A stretch of 64,000 nucleotides of DNA from an uncultured SAR86 cluster bacterium (lineage in GTDB: Bacteria > Pseudomonadota > Gammaproteobacteria > Magnimaribacterales > AG-339-G14). Location: contig CABXSA010000003.1 in NCBI GenBank assembly GCA_902514765.1, positions 2,537 to 66,536 of the forward strand, written 5' to 3'. Below, in pieces: positions 58,260-64,000 of the stretch. The notes under the pieces were generated by a model that was not told the DNA's origin, searched no databases, and saw only the letters and a list, made by a program, of their open reading frames with translations. The position numbers were made by a program, and so were the translations under genes. Within the stretch, counting starts at the first letter, position 1. Every line of letters starts with the position of its first letter.

Positions 58260-58376
58260 TTTCTCTAACCAAAAAAGTTTTTTTAAATGGTACTTTTGTA
58301 TTTTAAAAGTTTAGATTTAAAATTTAATCTACCATAAAGAGCTTTCAAAGATTTTAAATTCTATATACTTAAACGA

Positions 58377-59273
58377 ATGATCAACTACTTAATTTTCGCA
58401 ATTCTTTTACTAATTTTGGGAGTCTTAATGTTTCTTTTATTTAGCCTTAAAAATAAAAATGCTGATGAAAAAGGGGGTAATGAAAACTTAGAAAATAAAC
58501 TCAATGAAGTCTCTAAAGACATCAACGAAATTGAAATTGCCTTGGCATCTGTTACTACACCTATCAACGAGCTAAACAGATTTCTTGGTGGAAATGTTAC
58601 AACTGGAAGGCTTGGTGAATGGAACTTAGAATCAATCGTCCAAGATATCATGCCCGATAGCAGTTACAACTTTCAAGATTTGATAAATCCAGAATCTGCT
58701 GACCGAGTGGATTGCGCTATTACTACTGCGGAAGGATTTATTGTACCGATAGATTCAAAATTTTATGCTGGTCAATATCAAAATTATCAATCAGCAGGAA
58801 ACGATAGTGACAGAAAAAAAGTTCTTAGAGAGTTAAGAACAGCTATTTTAAGAGATGCCGAAGATATATCTGGAAAGTATATTCTTCAAAATAAAACTAC
58901 AAACTATGCCATTTTGTATATAGCTTCGGAAAAGCTGATCGATCTTGTAGATAAAATTTCCGATCTCCGCCAAGAATGTCTAACGGAGAAAAAAATTCTG
59001 ATCCAGGGACCAAATACCTTAGCAGCTTTTCTTGATACCATTAGAGTTGGTCATCACTACTTGAGATTAAATGAAACCGCGGAAAGAGTTGCTAAAGTCG
59101 TTAGAGGAATACACAAGGAATTTACAAGTTTTGACAGTAGCACTGATAATGTTGTCAAAAGATTAGATAGCGCATTGAAAGACGTACAAAAACTTCAAAC
59201 TAGAGTTAATGTATTAGGTAGAAAATTAGAAAAAGGGGCGGAGACTCTTGAAGAAGTTGAAGAAGAAAATTAA
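58377..59273 (+). CDS. rmuC: RmuC-family protein (N-terminal TM, coiled coil, PD-(D/E)xK domain)
   Basis: GRLGEWNLE, RVDCAI, PIDSKF, DISGKYI...TTNYAILY, GPNTLAA. Confidence 0.85.
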   Translation: MINYLIFAILLLILGVLMFLLFSLKNKNADEKGGNENLENKLNEVSKDINEIEIALASVTTPINELNRFLGGNVTTGRLGEWNLESIVQDIMPDSSYNFQDLINPESADRVDCAITTAEGFIVPIDSKFYAGQYQNYQSAGNDSDRKKVLRELRTAILRDAEDISGKYILQNKTTNYAILYIASEKLIDLVDKISDLRQECLTEKKILIQGPNTLAAFLDTIRVGHHYLRLNETAERVAKVVRGIHKEFTSFDSSTDNVVKRLDSALKDVQKLQTRVNVLGRKLEKGAETLEEVEEEN

Positions 59274-59287
59274 CTAAATCATCACAA

Positions 59288-59755
59288 GTGACTGAATTCA
59301 TAAAAACTATTTTTCTATCGGTGCTTTGCCTGTCAGTAGGTTTTTTAAACGCTTACACCCCATTGGTAAATGTACAAGTCGTTGATGGTGATACCATTAG
59401 GGCTGAAGCAGATGGTAGGGAAATAAAGATTCGTCTAGTAGAAATAGATGCTCCGGAAATGAATCAGCCCTTTGGCGCTCAATCAAAAAATTTTTTGGAT
59501 AATTTGCTTCATGAAAAAAAAATTACTCTCATTTCTGAAGGACAAGACCGCTATGGACGCGTTCTAGGAAATTTATTTTCTGATGAAATGAATGTGAATA
59601 TGTTGATGGTTAAATATGGATTCGCCTGGGTTTATGATAGATACGCTACCAACCTAACTTTATATGAGTATCAAGATGAAGCCAAAGAGCAAAGGTTAGG
59701 ATTGTGGCGCTCCAAAAATCCGATTCCTCCTTGGGTGTGGCGCAGAAAAAAATGA
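59288..59755 (+). CDS. Thermonuclease (SNase) family protein with signal peptide
   Basis: VVDGDTI, IRLVEIDAPE, DRYGRVL, GLW...PPWVWR. Confidence 0.93.
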   Translation: MTEFIKTIFLSVLCLSVGFLNAYTPLVNVQVVDGDTIRAEADGREIKIRLVEIDAPEMNQPFGAQSKNFLDNLLHEKKITLISEGQDRYGRVLGNLFSDEMNVNMLMVKYGFAWVYDRYATNLTLYEYQDEAKEQRLGLWRSKNPIPPWVWRRKK

Positions 59756-59769
59756 ATTAAAATTATTTT

Positions 59770-60789
59770 ATGCGAGCTTTTCTGACAAAACTTTTATTCA
59801 AATTACCAAAGAGTATTCTCATCAGATGGTCTGGTAAAGAGCAAATTCAAAAAGGTTATCGTAAGCTTGATCCTGGCTTTCAATATTTATTGAAAGTTAT
59901 GAATGACACAGGGGCAAAACTCGACACCAGCAAGCCAGCAGCAGAATTAAGAAAAGAATTTGAAGAAAGCAGAAGTTTAATTTCTTTGCCAGTACCTTCG
60001 GGAGTAAAAACAACTGATCATATTGTAATGTCTAAAGGTGTGGAAATAAGAGTTAGAGAATACTCTCCTGAATCGATTGGTAATATTTATCCTGCCGTAG
60101 TTTATTTCCATGGTGGAGGCTGGGTAATTGGAAGTATTGAATCTCATGAAGCTTTTACGGGATTTTTAGCGAAAGAGCTAAATGCAAAAATCTTCTCGGT
60201 GGATTATCGATTAGCACCAGAGTATCCATTTCCTATTCCTTTAGCTGATTGTGAAGCTGCATTTAATTGGGTTAAAAATAATGCATTGGACCTAGGTATC
60301 AATCCAAATCGAATATCTGTTGGTGGTGATAGTGCAGGTGGGAATCTATCGGCAGCATTGTGTGTGAAGCGCCAACAAGAAGATCTTTCTATGCCTAAAG
60401 CACAATTACTTATTTATCCGGTAACTGATCTAACTTTGCAACATCCTTCAATTGATGAAATGGCAGAGGGCTTCTTCTTAACTAAAGCTTCAATGGAATT
60501 CTTTCGTGATCAATATCTTGAGAATACAGAAATAACTCAGGACCCTTTGGTCTCGCCACTCTATGCGAATGACCTTTCTAATCACCCTCCTGCTGTTATT
60601 GTTACTGCAGGATTTGATCCCTTAAGAGATGAAGGTGACAAGTACGCTCATTTGTTAAGGCAAGCCAATGTTGAGATTTATCATCGAACACACGACAGTT
60701 ACATTCATGGTTTTGTGAATATGATGCTGGTCGATGGAGTTGATTATGCTCTTAAGAGAATTTGCGATGATTTCAAAAAGATTTTTTAG
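59770..60789 (+). CDS. HSL-family esterase/lipase
   Basis: YFHGGGW, DYRLAPE, GDSAGG, DPLRDEG, HGF. Confidence 0.93.
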   Translation: MRAFLTKLLFKLPKSILIRWSGKEQIQKGYRKLDPGFQYLLKVMNDTGAKLDTSKPAAELRKEFEESRSLISLPVPSGVKTTDHIVMSKGVEIRVREYSPESIGNIYPAVVYFHGGGWVIGSIESHEAFTGFLAKELNAKIFSVDYRLAPEYPFPIPLADCEAAFNWVKNNALDLGINPNRISVGGDSAGGNLSAALCVKRQQEDLSMPKAQLLIYPVTDLTLQHPSIDEMAEGFFLTKASMEFFRDQYLENTEITQDPLVSPLYANDLSNHPPAVIVTAGFDPLRDEGDKYAHLLRQANVEIYHRTHDSYIHGFVNMMLVDGVDYALKRICDDFKKIF

Positions 60790-60800
60790 ATAGATAGAAG

Positions 60801-61490
60801 TTACTTAAACTTCTTACGCATATTCATTACTGCCTCCATACCGGATATAGGTTTTTTACCTTCAGGAACAGTATTACCTTTTTGGATGAGTTCTTCAAAG
60901 GATGCACCATTTTTAAACATCTCATAAAGAACATCGATATCCATGTTGGTACCAATAGGCTCCTCAGAAAAATCAGTAGAGATATTACTTTTAAATTCTT
61001 CCTTATTGCGCCAATGTTCAAAAAATATCTCTACTAAGTTTCCATCTGGATCTTTGTAATACATGCCAGTAATCCAGCCATGATTTATAGTCCAGTATGG
61101 TTTGAGTCCTTGTTCTTTGGCATCATGATAAAACTTAAACCATTTCTCAATAGGATTTAATTTATAGGAAATGTGGTCAAGACCAACAATTGATGGCAGA
61201 GAACGATTCATCCAATTTTTTAAGCGGACTACAGTTTTAGGGATAAATCCTAGGTTTTTAAAAATACCCGAGGTATTGGCAATTGCTACTCTATGATGTT
61301 CTTCATCAAAAGCTAAAAAAGTTAACTCTTCACTTCTATATAATGTTTGGCAACCAAAAAGTCTTGAGTAAAAATCAACCATAGCTTCGTAATTAATAGT
61401 TTTAAAAGCAACATGATGAAAGTCGTCTGGTGCCTGATTTGAATTTAGATTTTGATATAAGTCTAAATTAAGTTTTTCATCTTTGATCAT
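60801..61490 (-). CDS. VOC/glyoxalase-family protein (extradiol dioxygenase-like)
   Basis: FHHVAF, DEEHHRVA, GLDHISY, NHG....YYKDPDGNLVE. Confidence 0.82.
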   Translation of the reverse strand: MIKDEKLNLDLYQNLNSNQAPDDFHHVAFKTINYEAMVDFYSRLFGCQTLYRSEELTFLAFDEEHHRVAIANTSGIFKNLGFIPKTVVRLKNWMNRSLPSIVGLDHISYKLNPIEKWFKFYHDAKEQGLKPYWTINHGWITGMYYKDPDGNLVEIFFEHWRNKEEFKSNISTDFSEEPIGTNMDIDVLYEMFKNGASFEELIQKGNTVPEGKKPISGMEAVMNMRKKFK

Positions 61491-61522
61491 AAAATAAATT
61501 CTAACCTATATAATTGTTACAT

Positions 61523-62950
61523 ATGCAGGAACTGGAGAATTTTAAATTTTCAAATAAGTTTGCTGGTTTACCTGAAGATTTTTTTCACAGGCAAAATTGG
61601 ACGCCTTTTGTTAATCCAAAACTTATTCATTTCAATAAGGAGCTTGGTGAGCAATTGGGGCTTCCAAAAGATCTAAATCCTCAAGATCTGGTGCCATATA
61701 TAAACGGAAACAAAACTTTCAAAAATAGCGATCCCTTATCTATGACTTATGCAGGACATCAATTTGGTTCTTGGGTCCCTCAGCTAGGAGATGGTAGGGG
61801 AATTTTATTAGGCCAATTACAAACCAAAGATGGTTTGATGGATTTACATATTAAAGGAGCTGGAAAAACACCTTACTCAAGATTTGGTGATGGTCGCGCA
61901 GTCTTGAGATCAACAATTAGAGAATATTTATGTGGTGAGGCCATGCATCATCTTGGTATTCCCAGTTCTAGGTCTTTAATCATGATTGGAAGTGACGAGC
62001 CAGTATTTAGGGAAACAACTGAATTTGGGGCAATGATGGTAAGAGTTGCAAAGACTCACATACGTTTTGGTCACTTTGAATACCTCAAGCATAACCAGAA
62101 AACAGAATTCATTCCTATTTTGCTTAAGCATGTAATAGATTCCTATTTTCCTGAACTACCTGAATCAATAGATGGTTATACTGATTTGTTTGAAATAATA
62201 ATTAATTCAACTGCAAGACTTATTGCCAAATGGCAAGCCTTTGGTTTCGCTCATGGCGTTATGAATACCGACAATATGTCTATCTTAGGAGAAACCTTCG
62301 ATTTTGGACCCTTTGGCTTTCTAGACGATTATGATCCTGGATTTATATGTAATCACTCAGACCATGGAGGAAGGTATGCATTTAACAACCAACCTTCAAT
62401 CGGCCTCTGGAATTGTCATGCTTTAGCCGCAGCTCTTAAAGATCACATTGATATTGAAAGAGCCAAGGAGATTATTAATGACTACCAAAAAAATTTTTAC
62501 GACGAACTTAGTACAATTTTTAGAAAAAAACTTGGTTTAACAACGCACGAATCGGATGATTTGAGTTTGGCAGAAGAATTACTTTCTTGGATGCAAAAGA
62601 AAAAAATTGATTACACTTTTGCCTTTAGGAATCTTTCAAAAGATCCTAGCTTTTTATATACAGATCAAGCAGGCAAGATCTGGTATGAAAAGTATCAAAA
62701 ACGTTTAAACAAGGAAACAACATCGCCTATTGAGAGAAAGAGAATTATGGAAAGCACGAATCCAAAATTTATTTTAAGAAATTATCTGGCTCATGAAGCT
62801 ATTAAAGATGCTGAAAAATCAAATTTTCACAAATTAAATAACTTGTTGGAAGTTTTGAAGAATCCTTTTCAGGAAAACTCAAAACTTGAAGAATTGGCAA
62901 AACCACCTCCAGAATGGGGTAAAAAATTAGAAATTTCTTGTTCTTCTTAA
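61523..62950 (+). CDS. selO: Protein adenylyltransferase SelO (YdiU)
   Basis: YAGHQFG, LGDGRG, KGAGKTPYSR.GDGRAVLRS, HGVMNTDNMS, C-terminal SCSS; ATG 61523. Confidence 0.95.
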   Translation: MQELENFKFSNKFAGLPEDFFHRQNWTPFVNPKLIHFNKELGEQLGLPKDLNPQDLVPYINGNKTFKNSDPLSMTYAGHQFGSWVPQLGDGRGILLGQLQTKDGLMDLHIKGAGKTPYSRFGDGRAVLRSTIREYLCGEAMHHLGIPSSRSLIMIGSDEPVFRETTEFGAMMVRVAKTHIRFGHFEYLKHNQKTEFIPILLKHVIDSYFPELPESIDGYTDLFEIIINSTARLIAKWQAFGFAHGVMNTDNMSILGETFDFGPFGFLDDYDPGFICNHSDHGGRYAFNNQPSIGLWNCHALAAALKDHIDIERAKEIINDYQKNFYDELSTIFRKKLGLTTHESDDLSLAEELLSWMQKKKIDYTFAFRNLSKDPSFLYTDQAGKIWYEKYQKRLNKETTSPIERKRIMESTNPKFILRNYLAHEAIKDAEKSNFHKLNNLLEVLKNPFQENSKLEELAKPPPEWGKKLEISCSS

Positions 62951-62990
62951 TTTCGATAGGAAAACTAGCTTAGAAACAAGAATAATTTTT

Positions 62991-63641
62991 TTAAGTAATG
63001 AAATCTTTGAATTCAAAATAATTTACTCCGGGCTTCTTTAGTTGAGGATTGTTGACGACAGACTTTGAAACCTTTTCTGCAGAAATACTTTTTAATTTCT
63101 GCAAAGGTCCCAATAAAAAAGGATCAACAATTACAGACACCATGTCTGCAAAAAAAATGTCAAGTCGAAATTTATTTCCTCTAAGATGACCAGGTTGAAA
63201 AATATTAGTACTCTCAAAATCAAGTTTAATTATTTCTTCCTCTAACTTTCCCTTGGTTTTTAAGTAGTAATTCCAAGAATTTGTATGAGCACCTACCGCC
63301 GAAATAAGTGAAATGCTTTTGGCACCTGACTCTCTGGCTTTTTTGGCTAACTCAAGCTGATAGGAGAAATCAACAAGGAAAAAGTCTTCTTTTAAAGAAG
63401 GGCTCATGAAGCCCATCACATTGTGATAGAACAAAGGATATCCAAGGGCTAGATAAACATGATCTACAGTTGGAAGTTCAAATCTTGAAAGATTTTCAAA
63501 ATCAATTATCAGCTCTTGAGCATCGTTTGGTAAGTTGTCTATCGTTCTTCTGCTTAAAGCTATAGTAGGATTCTGCTTCGAGCCTAACTCATTTAAGATT
63601 TTATTACCTAAAAATCCAGTTGATCCTGCTAGCAAATTCAT
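62991..63641 (-). CDS. NAD(P)-binding oxidoreductase (YraR/TIP30-like)
   Basis: LAGSTGFLG, ISAVGA...YLKTKGKLE, FQPG.L.G. Confidence 0.8.
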   Translation of the reverse strand: MNLLAGSTGFLGNKILNELGSKQNPTIALSRRTIDNLPNDAQELIIDFENLSRFELPTVDHVYLALGYPLFYHNVMGFMSPSLKEDFFLVDFSYQLELAKKARESGAKSISLISAVGAHTNSWNYYLKTKGKLEEEIIKLDFESTNIFQPGHLRGNKFRLDIFFADMVSVIVDPFLLGPLQKLKSISAEKVSKSVVNNPQLKKPGVNYFEFKDFIT

Positions 63642-63644
63642 TCT

Positions 63645-63766
63645 CTAACAAAAATTCTTTTTTTCGCAAGAACGACATGCTCGTCTCAGACCCATGAAAC
63701 TCCCCTTTGTTTAGAGAAAAAGCTAAAAGGTAATTCTTTGTGACACTCTTCGCATTGTTTAGTCAT
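63645..63766 (-). pseudogene. Frameshifted ~40-aa C4 zinc-finger mini-ORF (CEEC...CRSC)
   Basis: Frame 0 MTKQCEECHKELPFSFFSKQRGVSWV*; -1 frame TKGSFMGLRRACRSCEKKNFC*. Confidence 0.55.
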
Positions 63767-63792
63767 GATTCACTCTAATTTATTATTTTCTA

Positions 63793-63824
63793 AAAAGAAA
63801 TCCCCCTGCCGAAGCGAGGCGATT
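63793..63824 (-). terminator. Imperfect hairpin with cUUCGg loop and U-rich tail
   Basis: Minus strand aatcgcctcgc-TTCG-gcagggggatttcttttt. Confidence 0.4.
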
Positions 63825-63881
63825 AGGGTGTAGAACTTTATAAATTTATTGCTTTATAAAATTAGCAAAACTTTGAACTTT

Positions 63882-64000
63882 TTAAAGGTTCTCGATAAAT
63901 TCTTCCACAACTTTATTTATTTCACTCCTATGACTAAAACTCATGTAATGATCCGCCCCAATAATTCTATGTAATTTAGAGTTTTTGACGACTTCAGTTA
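63882..64000 (-). CDS. C-terminus of a probable alpha/beta hydrolase (partial)
   Basis: Hand translation TEVVKNSKLHRIIGADHYMSFSHRSEINKVVEEFIENL*; resembles the catalytic-His segment. Confidence 0.6.
   Translation of the reverse strand, partial: TEVVKNSKLHRIIGADHYMSFSHRSEINKVVEEFIENL

Noticed and set aside
63830-63900. Two further GAACTT hexamers
   Set aside because: No TCTnA/TCAAA -10 element at 16-17 nt spacing

Overview
Low-GC (roughly one-third by eye), densely packed chromosomal segment of a streamlined marine-type gammaproteobacterium. Gene content and Pseudomonas-like synteny suggest the SAR86 clade; this is inference, as no rRNA is present. About 70 CDS, mostly housekeeping: proA-nadD-rsfS-mrdA-rodA-mltB, thiC-prx-parE-parC, tolC-mutM, miaB-phoH-ybeY-corC, ubiE-ubiB-hisE-tatABC, tkt-pgk-fba, metK-ahcY-argH-lptM-lysA-dapF-xerC and cc4-dsbA/engB/polA/dsbB. 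No tRNA, rRNA, CRISPR or IS was seen. Main signals: (1) a consensus sigmaE promoter and two-hairpin sRNA in the polA-engB gap, the ErsA/Spot42 locus; (2) a pseudoazurin carrying the N-terminal Cx5C arm of cytochrome c5, beside an arm-less c5; (3) a RipC/RipB-like plus family III CoA-transferase cluster, possibly for itaconate/citramalate catabolism; (4) about ten operon-leading genes with a -10 box 6-8 nt before the ATG and no SD, suggesting frequent leaderless mRNAs; (5) phage-like pieces, namely a HAD gene and two frameshifted mini-ORFs. Family assignments come from motif recall, not database searches.
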